Shown: one piece after another, positions 1-9,814 of the stretch
How positions within the stretch are numbered: position 1 is the first letter of the stretch
Layout of the letters: every line of letters starts with the position of its first letter
The notes under the pieces: model-generated
Database searches by the model: none
Seen by the model: only the letters and a program-made list of their open reading frames with translations
Told to the model about the DNA's origin: nothing
Position numbers and translations under genes: made by a program
Assembly: GCA_963836235.1 (NCBI GenBank)
Contig: CAWIIP010000004.1
Coordinates: 544,001-608,000, forward strand
DNA length: 64,000 nt
Direction: 5' to 3'
Source of the DNA: an uncultured Pseudomonadota bacterium
Lineage (GTDB): Bacteria > Oederibacteriota > Muellerivitia > Muellerivitales > Muellerivitaceae

Positions 1-68
1 TTCTGATTGGAACGGTCATCGTGGTGATGTATCTTCCCATCGTTCATTTGTCCGACGTCGTTAAATGA
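1..68 (+). CDS. 3' end of type II secretion system F family / PilC platform protein (partial)
   Basis: Frame from nt 3 reads LIGTVIVVMYLPIVHLSDVVK*, the typical 'YLPI' C-terminus of GspF/PilC; lies directly upstream of a GspE ATPase. Confidence 0.8.
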   Translation, partial: LIGTVIVVMYLPIVHLSDVVK

Positions 69-87
69 CTCTTCTTCCTGGAAAGGC

Positions 88-1851
88 GTGAACCCACCGA
101 TGAAATCTGAAACCAAAGAACCCGTCGGCAAGGTTTTGCGCTCGAAACATCCCTTTGCTTCCAAACGAATAGGAGACATCTTGATGGCCCGTCATGGGCT
201 GACACAGCTTCAACTAGAAGAGGGACTGAGCCGGGCCGAAGGGTTGATCGGCCGTTGGTTGGTGGAAAAGGGCTTTATCACTGAAACCCAGTTGGCCCAG
301 GCCCTTGCCGAACAGTTTCAACTGCCCTATGTGGACTTGAAGGGATTCGCCGTCGCCCCCGAATTGTTCGGACATTTTCCGGCGGCGGAAGCCTACCGCC
401 ACAACGCCCTGCCTTACGGGCGAGACAATGGAATCCTAAAGGTCGTGGTTTCCAATCCCCTGGAAAGCCACAAGTTGGCCGACCAGTTGGAAACAAAGAC
501 GGGACTGAAGGTGGAGTTACTCCTGGCCGACTTCTCGGCCGTTCAAGAGGCCTTGGAGCGCAGCCAAGCCACCTCGGCCCTTTTAAGTGATTTTTCGCAT
601 GGATTTAAGGCGAAGGAATTTGAAGCAGACTCCAAGGGTTCGGTTTCGGCCGCCAACCTGGAGGACCAGGACAGCGGCGTCGTGCGGCTCATCAATACCC
701 TTCTCTTGGCGGCTCTGCAGAGGCGGGCCAGTGATATCCATTTTGAGACCTACGAGAAGGCTACGGTCATCAAGTACCGGGTGGACGGCCTCCTTTATCC
801 GGCCACCGAGAGACTGGATGCCCGGCACAACAAGGCCTTCGTATCCCGTATCAAGGTCATGGCCGAACTGGACATCGCCGAGACCCGGGTCCCCCAGGAC
901 GGCCGGTTCCAATTGCGACTGAACGGCCGGGACATTGACTTCAGGGTTTCGGTCATGCCCAGCGCCCTGGGGGAAGACGTGGTGATCCGCGTTCTCGACA
1001 AGTTCGCCCTCAACGAGGAATTCAGCCAGCTCAAGCTGGAGGCTCTGGGCCTCCCGGAAAGTACCCTGAAAAAATTCCGCCGCAGCGTTCGGGAACCCTA
1101 CGGCATGGTGCTCATCACGGGGCCCACCGGCAGCGGCAAGACTACCACCCTCTACGCGGCCTTGGGTGAGATCAACTCGGGGGAAGAAAAGATTATCACC
1201 ATCGAGGACCCGGTGGAGTATCAGTTGAACGGCGTCGTGCAGGTGCCCGTGAACGAAAAGAAGGGACTGACCTTCGCCCGGGGCCTTCGATCCATCCTCC
1301 GGCACGATCCGGACAAGATCATGGTGGGGGAAATCCGGGACACCGAGACCGCCCAGATCGCCGTGCAGTCGGCGCTCACCGGGCATTTGGTTTTCACCAC
1401 GGTCCACGCCAACAACGCCTGCGATGTCATCAGCCGTTTCAGCCACATGGGCGTGAACCTCTACAGCTTTGTGTCGGCCCTGAACTGCGTCATGGCTCAA
1501 CGGCTGGTACGGGTGATCTGCCCCAAGTGCCGCCGGAAGGATAAGCCGGACCGGGAATTACTCGCCGCCTCCGGCCTGAGCGCCAAGGACTATGCCGACT
1601 ACGATTTTTACGCTGGGAAGGGCTGTGGTTATTGCGCCGGCACGGGATACCGGGGACGGCGGGCCGTGGCTGAATTCTTGAACCTGACACCCCGCATCCG
1701 AAAATTGGTCGTGGACCAAGCGCCCGTGGACGAACTCCAGACCGCCGCCGTGGAAGAAGGAATGGTGACCCTTCGCCAAGCGGCGCTGGAAAAGGCCCTG
1801 GCGGGGGAAACGACTCTCAAGGAAATCAACCGGGTCACATTCGTGGAGTAA
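88..1851 (+). CDS. gspE: GspE/PilB family secretion ATPase
   Basis: MshEN-like N-terminus (RIGDILM), ASDIHFE, Walker A GPTGSGKTT, TIEDPVE, ILRHDPDKIMVGEIRD, TGHLVFTTVH, CPKC..CGYC zinc site. Confidence 0.93.
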   Translation: MNPPMKSETKEPVGKVLRSKHPFASKRIGDILMARHGLTQLQLEEGLSRAEGLIGRWLVEKGFITETQLAQALAEQFQLPYVDLKGFAVAPELFGHFPAAEAYRHNALPYGRDNGILKVVVSNPLESHKLADQLETKTGLKVELLLADFSAVQEALERSQATSALLSDFSHGFKAKEFEADSKGSVSAANLEDQDSGVVRLINTLLLAALQRRASDIHFETYEKATVIKYRVDGLLYPATERLDARHNKAFVSRIKVMAELDIAETRVPQDGRFQLRLNGRDIDFRVSVMPSALGEDVVIRVLDKFALNEEFSQLKLEALGLPESTLKKFRRSVREPYGMVLITGPTGSGKTTTLYAALGEINSGEEKIITIEDPVEYQLNGVVQVPVNEKKGLTFARGLRSILRHDPDKIMVGEIRDTETAQIAVQSALTGHLVFTTVHANNACDVISRFSHMGVNLYSFVSALNCVMAQRLVRVICPKCRRKDKPDRELLAASGLSAKDYADYDFYAGKGCGYCAGTGYRGRRAVAEFLNLTPRIRKLVVDQAPVDELQTAAVEEGMVTLRQAALEKALAGETTLKEINRVTFVE

Positions 1852-1904
1852 GACGCGGCCTCCGCGAGGGACCGAGGATAAAATTTGAGCGAAAGAATAA
1901 ACCG

Positions 1905-2867
1905 ATGGGGAGTTTGAAGAATCCGAACCTCCAAAAGGCCGTGGACTTTTTCCGCCCCTTGCCTGAAGAAACCTCTTGCTTAGGCATAGCCTTGGGTCGG
2001 CAGGAAATAGGCGTGATGGAGACCCTGGAGTCCCCGGATAAAATCCAAATCCGTTACTCGGAAATTTTCCCCTTGCCTGTCCCGCTTTGGGTGGGGGTGC
2101 CTCCGCCGGACGTTCTTCCGTCCCTTGTTTCGGTTTTAACCCCGCTTTTCCAGAAAAATGAAAATTACCGGATCCTTCAAGTTTCCCTGCCGGATCCCGC
2201 CGCGCGGTTGGAAGTTTTTGAATTGGAAAAGATTCCGGCTGCCGGAACTCCCTTGGAAAAATTCCTCCATTGGAGGTTGTGCCCGGATGGTTCGGATAAG
2301 GCCTCCCTGGTCTTTGCCAGTCAATTCTTAGGCGAGGAAAAAGGAAAGAAACTGCTCTTGGGAGAGTCCCTGGACCGTGCTTGGCTTCAACTGGTCAGCA
2401 AGGCCTTTGAAGAGGCCAAAGGAAGGATCTCTGTCATGGACATGTCCTCCTGGTTCCGGTTCAACCTATTTCACGAGACTTTTCGCTCAAAAGGCCCAGG
2501 CGCCCTAGTAAGTCTGGAACGGGATTATTGGACCTTGTTGATTTGGGACGGCCAGGCCCGCCCCCGGTTCCAAAGGTCCAAATGGTGGAGGGGGCCTATC
2601 TCGGAACCCGCAGACCTTCCCCTGGGCGAGGTGGTGTTGGAAGCGGAAAGAACCATCCGTTCCTATGTTCATTCGGGCCCAGACCGTTTGGTGGAAAGCC
2701 TGTTCCTCTTGGTGCCGGAAGCCTGGCGGAATGGGGCTATTCGAGCTTTCCAACAACCCACCGAAGGAAGGATCACGGGCCTGTCCCTTGAGGCAGTTCT
2801 TAAGATTCAGGATTCTTCCAACCCCAATTTTTCGCCTTCCCTCGCCGCTACGGCGGTGCGGCGATGA
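1905..2867 (+). CDS. PilM/GspL-like cytoplasmic assembly protein
   Basis: Position between the ATPase and pilN; length and actin-like-fold pattern; weak motif support. Confidence 0.6.
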   Translation: MGSLKNPNLQKAVDFFRPLPEETSCLGIALGRQEIGVMETLESPDKIQIRYSEIFPLPVPLWVGVPPPDVLPSLVSVLTPLFQKNENYRILQVSLPDPAARLEVFELEKIPAAGTPLEKFLHWRLCPDGSDKASLVFASQFLGEEKGKKLLLGESLDRAWLQLVSKAFEEAKGRISVMDMSSWFRFNLFHETFRSKGPGALVSLERDYWTLLIWDGQARPRFQRSKWWRGPISEPADLPLGEVVLEAERTIRSYVHSGPDRLVESLFLLVPEAWRNGAIRAFQQPTEGRITGLSLEAVLKIQDSSNPNFSPSLAATAVRR

Positions 2868-3409
2868 AAATCGCAACGAACTTTTCCTTTCCCTTCGACC
2901 GGGGTCTGCCGGTATTGGTCGGGATGGGATGGGGAGCGGCCTTTTTGGGGCTGGCACTGGCGGTGGGCCTAATCCTGGACGGGCTTCGCCAGAGCCAGGA
3001 AAATCCGGCGCTTCAAAAAAAACTAGTCGAACTACAGGAGGAACCCGTGACGGCGGTCTCCCCGACTGACCTGCCTTCAGCGGGGGACTTATCGGATTTG
3101 CGCCGCCGCCTGGAGGAATTGAACCGCCTCCAGGCCGGGGGCGGCTCCTCCGTGGCCGGGTTACTGGCGCAAATGGAAAAAATGACCCCGCCAGGAGTGC
3201 GCTTGCTCAGTTTCCAAAACGACCGGGACAGCGGCGGGGTCCAATTGGTAGCGGAAGCCCTGAACCTGGACGACCTATCCCGTTTTCTGGAAAGGCTGGA
3301 AAAGTCCGACAACTTTTCCAGTGTGAACCTGGCTAAGCAGACCCAAGCCCAGGACGGTTCAAGGAATTGGATCCAATTTTCAGTGGATCTTACGGAGAAC
3401 GCCCCATGA
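2864..3409 (+). CDS. pilN: PilN domain protein
   Basis: N-terminal TM, coiled coil, 'TPPGVRLLSF..LVAEA..LSRFLERLEKS..FSSVNL..IQFSV' PilN pattern; ATGA overlap with the upstream gene. Confidence 0.8.
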   Translation: MKIATNFSFPFDRGLPVLVGMGWGAAFLGLALAVGLILDGLRQSQENPALQKKLVELQEEPVTAVSPTDLPSAGDLSDLRRRLEELNRLQAGGGSSVAGLLAQMEKMTPPGVRLLSFQNDRDSGGVQLVAEALNLDDLSRFLERLEKSDNFSSVNLAKQTQAQDGSRNWIQFSVDLTENAP

Positions 3410-3981
3410 TCTCCGTTCGTCTGCTGGGAGGATTCATCTTGGATGCTTGGAAACACCGCAAGGTCCGGCGAGCCGCTTGGGCCGCTTTAGCCTTCGCATT
3501 GGCGGATTTTTTGATCCTGGTTTTCTTTTGGATGCCTGCGGCCTGGGGCCACCACCAGCTGGAAAAGGCCATTGGCGATAACCGGTCCGCTAGGCTAGAG
3601 GCCGCCCATGCCCGGGAAACGACTGAGGCCTATGAAAGGCTTTCCCGTCTGGCCGGGGCCCTCGAAATCAAATGGAAGACGCCCGTGACCCAGGCCGGTT
3701 TGGTGGAATCGCTGACCCGATCCGCCGCCCGGCACCGACTCAGGATACTTTCACAGGATTTCGAGGTGAAAAGCCTGCCCGAAGGCGGTATGGCCTTCGA
3801 GCAAAACTTGTCCCTGGCTGGGGATTACGCTTCCCTTCGGGAGTTCCTGGGAGGCCTAGACGGCCTGCCGACCCTGACGGTAGTGAGCCAGGCAAGACTG
3901 GAACGGGAGGGAGCGGCAGGGGGCGAGGTTCGGGCCAACCTTCTGCTTTTGACCTACCAGAAAAGCTCCGGAGGGGCATGA
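3406..3981 (+). CDS. pilO: PilO/GspM-like protein
   Basis: TM plus 'LSLAGDYASLREFL..L' PilO motif; start taken at the ATGA overlap at 3406. Confidence 0.75.
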   Translation: MISVRLLGGFILDAWKHRKVRRAAWAALAFALADFLILVFFWMPAAWGHHQLEKAIGDNRSARLEAAHARETTEAYERLSRLAGALEIKWKTPVTQAGLVESLTRSAARHRLRILSQDFEVKSLPEGGMAFEQNLSLAGDYASLREFLGGLDGLPTLTVVSQARLEREGAAGGEVRANLLLLTYQKSSGGA

Positions 3982-4556
3982 GTATGTTCCGAAAAAACCG
4001 ACTTCTCTGGATTTCGGCTGTGGGGTTCCTGGTTTTATTGAATCTGGTCCGTTGGGCGCCGGTGCTTTGGAAAGGGAAAATCATGGAGGGACGGGAAACG
4101 TCTGGATGGATGCGGTTGGAATTTCCGGACCCGCTGGATCCCGAGGACCAAAAGGTTCAAAGGAACTTGTTCGCCTTGGGTTCCAGGCCCCCTGAAAGCC
4201 GCCGAGTAAAACGGATCGTAAGGGTAGTAACAGTTCCAACGCCCGCAGCGAGTCCCACGCCCTCCTTCCCGGATGGGTCCGTTCTGGAAGCGGCCGGTGG
4301 CTACCGGTTGATGGGGGTGGTTTCCCGGGAAGGCTTCAGTCAAGCCTTGATCGGGCGGGGGACCCAGCTGTTCCAGGTGGGGCCGGGGGACAACCTGGAA
4401 GACCGTTACCAGGTCCAATCCATCACCCAGGATGAAGTTTATTTGACCGAAAAGCCGACGGGGAACACCTTGAAGCTTCGAATTTGGGATTCAACGACAG
4501 CCGCTATTCCGGCCTCCCAGGCCAACGAGGGGATGAACATTCATGAACATGACTAA
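3978..4556 (+). CDS. PilP/GspC-like protein
   Basis: TM, 'RNLF', Pro-rich linker, 'YRLMGVV..ALI..VGPGD..YQVQSIT' domain; start at the ATGA overlap 3978. Confidence 0.65.
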   Translation: MSMFRKNRLLWISAVGFLVLLNLVRWAPVLWKGKIMEGRETSGWMRLEFPDPLDPEDQKVQRNLFALGSRPPESRRVKRIVRVVTVPTPAASPTPSFPDGSVLEAAGGYRLMGVVSREGFSQALIGRGTQLFQVGPGDNLEDRYQVQSITQDEVYLTEKPTGNTLKLRIWDSTTAAIPASQANEGMNIHEHD

Positions 4557-6846
4557 TCCGGGACGAAAAAGTTTATCCGCTGCGAAGAGGGGAATTCCGC
4601 GTCCGTTGGGATGGAGCTGGCTGTTGCTGGCCCTCATTGCCGGGTGCGCATCCCTTCCCAAGCCCGAAAACCACGCCAGCAAGAACGACTGGATGAGGGC
4701 GGTGCAGGAATACCGGAAGCAATACTCCGACCATCCGGCCGATTACGAAATCAAGATGAGGCTGGAAGAAGCCGAGTTGAACGCCGCCGAGGCCTGTTAT
4801 GAGGACGGCATGGCCCTGGAGAAGCAGGGCGGCCTGGACGACGCCATTTACCAGTTCCGTGAGGGCCTTTCGGCCATGCCGGACAACGAGAAGATCGCCA
4901 ACGCCCTGAAGAAGGCCTTGGAACAAAAAGAGGCCAGCACCTTCTACCAACAAGCGGTGGATTTGGATAAGGCTGGGAAGGAAGAGGACGCCAAGAACCT
5001 GCTGACCCAGGCCCTGGAAGCGGACCCGGACCAGCAAGGCGCCAAAGCCCTGTTGGAAAAGATCAAGGCCGAGCTGCCCGAAGCCACGGGAGGCTTGGTT
5101 TTCTCCTCCCAGGAGCCCGTTTCCCTCCACTTCAACCACACCGACCTCAAGGCTGCTTTTGATTTTATTGGAAGGGGTTTCGGCATCAACGTTCTTTTTG
5201 ACGGGGACCTGAAGGAGCAAACCGTTACCCTCTCCGTCGAAAACGTAACCTTCGACCAGGCCTTGGACCTGATTCTCCACACCACCCAAACCTTTTCCAA
5301 AACCGTGGGCCCCAATACCATCCTGGTGGCGGACGACAGCCCGGAGAAACACGCCCAATACGACGACCTCCTTATTAAGGACATCCAACTCAATTCGGTC
5401 CGGGCCTCCGACATGGCGAACCTCCTGAAAAGCATCATTGACTTGAAGCACATGGTCGTGAACGATCAGCTGAACACCCTCACGATCCGTGAAACGTCGG
5501 ACAAGCTGAAACTGGCCCAGGAAGTCATTGAGGCCAATGACCGTCCACCCGCCGAGGTGCTTTTGGATGTGGAAATACTGGAGGTCGACCGCACCAAGGC
5601 CGAACAACTGGGAATGGATTATGGCCAGTCCCTCCAATACAATTTCACCTCCCCGACTACTCTCTCGAGTCTGACCGGTGGGAACCTGGGCAGCACCCTG
5701 GAACAAGGAACCTTCACCCTGCCCGCCCTCACGTTGAATTATTTCAAGCAGGACGTGGACGCCAAGACCCTGGCCCATCCCCAGATCCGCTCCTTGGACA
5801 ACAAGGAAGCCAAGATTCATATCGGCGACCGGGTGCCCCTGGCCTCGTCCAATATCCAGCCGACCAACGGCGGGGTACTGCAAACCACCTATACTTACAG
5901 CGACATCGGGGTATTGCTCGATATCCTGCCCATCATCAACTTGGACCGCACCGTGCAGGTGAAGCTCTCCCTGGAAGTCAGTTCCCTGGGGCCCAACATC
6001 GGGACGAGCGGTAATCCCGCCTATGAGATTCTCACCCGGGACGCGGACAACACCATGTTGCTGCATGATGGGGAATCGGCCGTGCTGGGGGGGTTGATCC
6101 AGGACAACGACTCCAAGACCCACAACCACCTTCCCATCATCGGGGATTTCCCGATCCTGGGGGATTACCTGGCGGGCAATGTCGACAACTCGGACAGCCG
6201 AACGGACGTCCTTTTGACCATCACCCCCCATATCGTGCGGGATTGGAATTTTCCCCATAAGGAACTGCAAGAAATTTATTCGGGAACGCAGAACAACCTT
6301 TCCAGCAAGCCACTTTTTAGCCTTTTCCAGCAAAAGGCCGTCGGAAGCGGGGCACCCAAGATTGCCTTGGGCCCGACATCGGGAGAAGGCGGTCCATCCG
6401 CGCCGGAAGGAACACCAGTCCCGATGTTTCAGGGAGAGCAAACCAATGGAGGCGTGGCCTTTTCCTTTGACCAGCCTCAATATGAGGCTGACTTGGGGCA
6501 GCCTGTGGAGCTGAAACTTTACGGGGAAAACCTGGGGAAGCTCAAAACCTTTCCGCTGGCCGTAGCCTTCAACGCCAGTTACCTGAAATTCGCTTCCGCC
6601 ACACCGGGCTCGGCGGCGGTGGAAAAGGTGGAAACGGATTCGGACGAGAAGCACGGGATGGTCCGGATGACCCTGACCTTGAAACCCGACCAGACCGCCA
6701 CTGGCCCCACCGAGTTGGCCGACCTCAAGCTCAACGGATCCACTCCCGGTATTTCCTATTTGATCTTCCTCAATCCGACGTTCAAGGACGAGAATGGAAA
6801 CGACGTGCAAGCGCAGGCCCATGCCTCTCGCATCGTGGTCAAATAA
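4543..6846 (+). CDS. gspD: Secretin (GspD/PilQ family) lipoprotein with N-terminal TPRs and C-terminal cohesin-like domain
   Basis: Lipobox IAGC, TPR helices, STN/N domains, 'EVLLDVEILEV', 'AKIHIGDRVP', 'GESAVLGGLI', 'LLTITPHIVR', C-terminal beta-sandwich. Confidence 0.9.
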   Translation: MNMTNPGRKSLSAAKRGIPRPLGWSWLLLALIAGCASLPKPENHASKNDWMRAVQEYRKQYSDHPADYEIKMRLEEAELNAAEACYEDGMALEKQGGLDDAIYQFREGLSAMPDNEKIANALKKALEQKEASTFYQQAVDLDKAGKEEDAKNLLTQALEADPDQQGAKALLEKIKAELPEATGGLVFSSQEPVSLHFNHTDLKAAFDFIGRGFGINVLFDGDLKEQTVTLSVENVTFDQALDLILHTTQTFSKTVGPNTILVADDSPEKHAQYDDLLIKDIQLNSVRASDMANLLKSIIDLKHMVVNDQLNTLTIRETSDKLKLAQEVIEANDRPPAEVLLDVEILEVDRTKAEQLGMDYGQSLQYNFTSPTTLSSLTGGNLGSTLEQGTFTLPALTLNYFKQDVDAKTLAHPQIRSLDNKEAKIHIGDRVPLASSNIQPTNGGVLQTTYTYSDIGVLLDILPIINLDRTVQVKLSLEVSSLGPNIGTSGNPAYEILTRDADNTMLLHDGESAVLGGLIQDNDSKTHNHLPIIGDFPILGDYLAGNVDNSDSRTDVLLTITPHIVRDWNFPHKELQEIYSGTQNNLSSKPLFSLFQQKAVGSGAPKIALGPTSGEGGPSAPEGTPVPMFQGEQTNGGVAFSFDQPQYEADLGQPVELKLYGENLGKLKTFPLAVAFNASYLKFASATPGSAAVEKVETDSDEKHGMVRMTLTLKPDQTATGPTELADLKLNGSTPGISYLIFLNPTFKDENGNDVQAQAHASRIVVK

Positions 6847-7336
6847 AAAGATCTGCCGCTTTGACGAGCAGGGTTTCAGCCTGGTGGAAATGCTGGTGGT
6901 CTTGGCCATCCTCGCCATACTGGCGGCCGTGACCCTGCCCTATGCCGAAACCACGGTTCGGCGGGACAAGGAATTGGAATTGCGCCGGGACTTAAGGCAG
7001 ATGCGCACCGCCATTGACCAGTTCCATGACAACTGGCAAAACGGGGTCATTCCAAAGTTGGGAACGGGCACCAGCGATGATGGTTTTCCCAAGGACCTGG
7101 ATGTCCTGGTGAAAGGCGTTGAACAAAGCGGGCCCAGGCCGGTGAAGCAAAAATACCTGCGGCGGGTTCCTGAAAACCCCTTCGGCGAGAAAAACCTGCC
7201 GCCGGAGGAGCAGTGGGGACGGCGCAGCTATGCCGACCAATCGGATTCCACCCAATGGGGGGGACAGGACGTCTACGACGTCTATTGCCCGGGGGATGAG
7301 AAGGCATTGGATGGGAGCTATTACCATGATTGGTAA
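6794..7336 (+). CDS. Type II secretion pseudopilin (PulG-like)
   Basis: G|FSLVEML prepilin cleavage motif; 'KYLRRVPENPF', 'DVYDV'; exact start uncertain. Confidence 0.85.
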   Translation: METTCKRRPMPLASWSNKKICRFDEQGFSLVEMLVVLAILAILAAVTLPYAETTVRRDKELELRRDLRQMRTAIDQFHDNWQNGVIPKLGTGTSDDGFPKDLDVLVKGVEQSGPRPVKQKYLRRVPENPFGEKNLPPEEQWGRRSYADQSDSTQWGGQDVYDVYCPGDEKALDGSYYHDW

Positions 7337-7727
7337 CCGCCAAAGGCTAGGCCTTTGCGAGGATGGATTCACCTTCATTGAATTATTGATTGTCCTAGCC
7401 ATCATGTCGCTTTTGGCGAGCCTAGTGGTTGCGGTCTCCATGGGGAAAATCCGGCAGTCCAAGGAATCCGCACTGAAAGAGGACCTCCATAGTATGAGAA
7501 AGTCCCTTGATGACTTTTACGCGGATAAGGGGAAGTACCCCGTGAAACTGCAGGACTTGGTGGAGAAACATTACCTTCGTTCCATCCCCGTGGACCCCTT
7601 GACTGATAGCGAAGACACCTGGAAGGCGGTGATTTCCCAAGACCCGGCCCAAAAGGGAGGGATTGTGGACATCCATAGCGGTTCGGAGGAAAAGACAAGT
7701 GATGGAAAGCCTTATAACGAATGGTGA
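7326..7727 (+). CDS. Type II secretion pseudopilin (GspG-like)
   Basis: G|FTFIELL motif; 'GKYP..LQDLV..YLRSIPVDPLT'; start taken at ATG 7326. Confidence 0.85.
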   Translation: MIGNRQRLGLCEDGFTFIELLIVLAIMSLLASLVVAVSMGKIRQSKESALKEDLHSMRKSLDDFYADKGKYPVKLQDLVEKHYLRSIPVDPLTDSEDTWKAVISQDPAQKGGIVDIHSGSEEKTSDGKPYNEW

Positions 7728-8230
7728 GAGGAAAAATTTTGAAATTTAAGATTTCGACATTAAGCGCGGGGCGGAACCGCCACCGTAGGTTAAGGGCCTT
7801 ATCCCAATCAGGGTTCACCTTGATTGAGCTTTTGATAGTCCTGGTCATTCTCTCCCTTTTGGCCGCGCTGGTGGGACCTGCCCTGGTGGAACGACTGAAG
7901 CCCGCCAAACGAACGGTGGCCCAGGCCCAGATTGAGGAGTTCATGGCCGCATTGGACAATTATTATGTGGATGTGGGCCGCTACCCCACTACGGCGGAAG
8001 GGACGCAGGCCCTGCGTGAAAAACCCCCTTCGGCCAAAAAATGGGATGGACCCTACCTGAAAAAAGAGGTCCCGATGGATCCCTGGGGAAATCCCTATGT
8101 CTATCGGTCGCCCGGCCATAATGGGGGATATGAGATTATTTCCTATGGTGCGGATGGGAAAGAAGGAGGGGAAGGGGAGAACGCGGATATCAACAGTTGG
8201 GAAACGGGTCCCGCAAAGGCTTCCAAGTGA
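7721..8230 (+). CDS. gspG: Major pseudopilin GspG
   Basis: G|FTLIELL, 'GRYPTT', 'WDGPYLKK', 'DPWGNPYVY', 'SYGADG..GGEGENADI'. Confidence 0.93.
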   Translation: MVRGKILKFKISTLSAGRNRHRRLRALSQSGFTLIELLIVLVILSLLAALVGPALVERLKPAKRTVAQAQIEEFMAALDNYYVDVGRYPTTAEGTQALREKPPSAKKWDGPYLKKEVPMDPWGNPYVYRSPGHNGGYEIISYGADGKEGGEGENADINSWETGPAKASK

Positions 8231-8793
8231 CATCCCGCCTGCGGCGGACCAAGCCTATCCATAATGAGGGCTTCGGTGCATCAGGGTTAATTCTTGGGAA
8301 AAATCAGAATGGCTATGCCTACGTCATGGTGATCGCAGCGGCGGCGGTCCTTGCTATACTGGCTGCGGCCGTTTCCGAACTGGTATCTTACGAAGTGCGG
8401 CACGATAAAGAGATGGAACTTTTATTTCGCGGCGGCGCCTATGCGAGAGCTATTGGGGCCTATTACAGGGCTGGCCCGGCTGGGAAAGCCCACACCTATC
8501 CCCGTCAATTGGAGGACCTCCTTTTTGATCCGCGTTTTCCCCGCAAGCGCTACCTGAGGGCCCTTTATCCGGAACCCTTTGGCGCGGGATGGGCCTTGGT
8601 CCGCTCTGCCGATAGCGGCATCACAGGCTTGGCCAGTCAATGCCAGGAGAAGCCCCAGAAACAGGATAACTTCCCCCCCGAGTTCCAAAATTTCACTGGG
8701 ACAGCACATTATTCGGATTGGATTTTCCTCTACCAGCCCAATGGAACTGGCCAAGCGGTTTCCCAGGCGCAAGGAACAACAAATCTTGATTAA
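8227..8793 (+). CDS. Atypical minor pseudopilin (GspK-like, no Glu+5)
   Basis: G|YAYVMVI hydrophobic N-terminus; 'YPRQLEDLL.DPR..RYLRALY.EPF'; GTGA overlap with gspG. Confidence 0.7.
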   Translation: MTSRLRRTKPIHNEGFGASGLILGKNQNGYAYVMVIAAAAVLAILAAAVSELVSYEVRHDKEMELLFRGGAYARAIGAYYRAGPAGKAHTYPRQLEDLLFDPRFPRKRYLRALYPEPFGAGWALVRSADSGITGLASQCQEKPQKQDNFPPEFQNFTGTAHYSDWIFLYQPNGTGQAVSQAQGTTNLD

Positions 8794-8810
8794 AGGGGCG
8801 CCCGGAAGCG

Positions 8811-8839
8811 TTGACACTCTAGGGGGTTAACCCTATCAT
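8811..8839 (+). promoter_or_regulatory. Sigma70-type promoter
   Basis: TTGACA (8811-8816), 17-nt spacer, TATCAT (8834-8839), upstream of the FmdB gene. Confidence 0.75.
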
Positions 8840-8871
8840 TAGGTTTTTCCAGATCATTTATGAGGTTTTAG

Positions 8872-9171
8872 ATGCCAACTTACGAATATTCCTGCGAAAA
8901 ATGTGGCTCTTTTGAGATATGGCAGTCCATCAAGGACAATGCCCTGGGAGTTTGTCCTACTTGTGGCTCAAAGGTCGAACGATTGATTTCCGCGAACGTG
9001 GGGTTTGTCTTTAAGGGATCAGGTTTTTATCAAAATGAGTATAAAAATGCTCCGACTGCCCCAGTAAAGACGCCCAGCCCGGCCAAGGTGGAAGAAAAAC
9101 CCAAGGCCGACGCGGTTCCCGGTTGCGGCACCTGTGGGAGCCCAGATCCCTGTCCTTCGGGGAATAATTAA
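8872..9171 (+). CDS. FmdB family zinc-ribbon protein
   Basis: MPTYEYSCEKCG..CPTCG..FKGSGFY; extra C-terminal CGTCG..C. Confidence 0.9.
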   Translation: MPTYEYSCEKCGSFEIWQSIKDNALGVCPTCGSKVERLISANVGFVFKGSGFYQNEYKNAPTAPVKTPSPAKVEEKPKADAVPGCGTCGSPDPCPSGNN

Positions 9172-9189
9172 CGGTTTAAGGAGCGGACA

Positions 9190-9372
9190 TTGGCGCCAGG
9201 ATGGATTGTGGGGATAATTATAGGTTACGTGCTGTTTAACTTGGGTCTTTGGAAGTCGGATTCTACCCCCAAGCCCCAGGATACCCTTTGGGCTTTGGTT
9301 ATGCTGGGCGGCACCATTCTGATGTTCCTTTCGGTCTTACTTTGGGCCGTGCCGGGTTTTTTCAGTTCGTAA
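9190..9372 (+). CDS. Small two-TM membrane protein
   Basis: AGGAG RBS before a TTG start; two hydrophobic segments. Confidence 0.55.
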   Translation: MAPGWIVGIIIGYVLFNLGLWKSDSTPKPQDTLWALVMLGGTILMFLSVLLWAVPGFFSS

Positions 9373-9396
9373 TTGGAAACTGGAAGGTTTTTGGGA

Positions 9397-9744
9397 ATGA
9401 AAGAACTTATTACCGAAGAACAGGCCAACTTGGTCATTCTTTTATTGTCCATCGCGGTGGCGTTGGTCAGTTTGGGTTTTGGGGTTTACCAATCTTCGAA
9501 AGTGGAAAAAGGTAAAAAGGCATTTCATTGGGCTAACTGCTTATTATGCGCCCTTGTTGGTCCGGTGATTTGGATCTTTTGGCAGGTCTATAATTCCATC
9601 GAAAACTATTATGGTTTAGATTCTTTAAAGGCATTGGAGATTAATTTTTTCATCGCGATCGGTCTCGGAGCTGTTTTTTTTGTTTTGTTTTACTTCATTC
9701 CCAGTTGGATTCCGGAAAAGTCAGCGGCCAAACACCGGAAGTAA
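9397..9744 (+). CDS. Hypothetical three-TM membrane protein
   Basis: Three hydrophobic helices; in operon orientation. Confidence 0.65.
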   Translation: MKELITEEQANLVILLLSIAVALVSLGFGVYQSSKVEKGKKAFHWANCLLCALVGPVIWIFWQVYNSIENYYGLDSLKALEINFFIAIGLGAVFFVLFYFIPSWIPEKSAAKHRK

Positions 9745-9814
9745 AATCTGATGGCAGTCCGCAGTTGGCAGTCCAGGACCAGCCCAAAAAATAAGTCCAA
9801 ACGTCTAAACACCC

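Noticed and set aside
583-1500. 305-aa minus-strand ORF and other short ORFs overlapping gspE
   Set aside because: Shadow ORFs of a well-supported gene
3672-3977. N-terminal extension of the 294-aa ORF
   Set aside because: Overlaps pilO in another frame; the ATGA-coupled start at 3978 is more plausible
4573-6918. 781-aa minus-strand ORF
   Set aside because: Antisense shadow of the GC-rich secretin gene; no recognisable motifs
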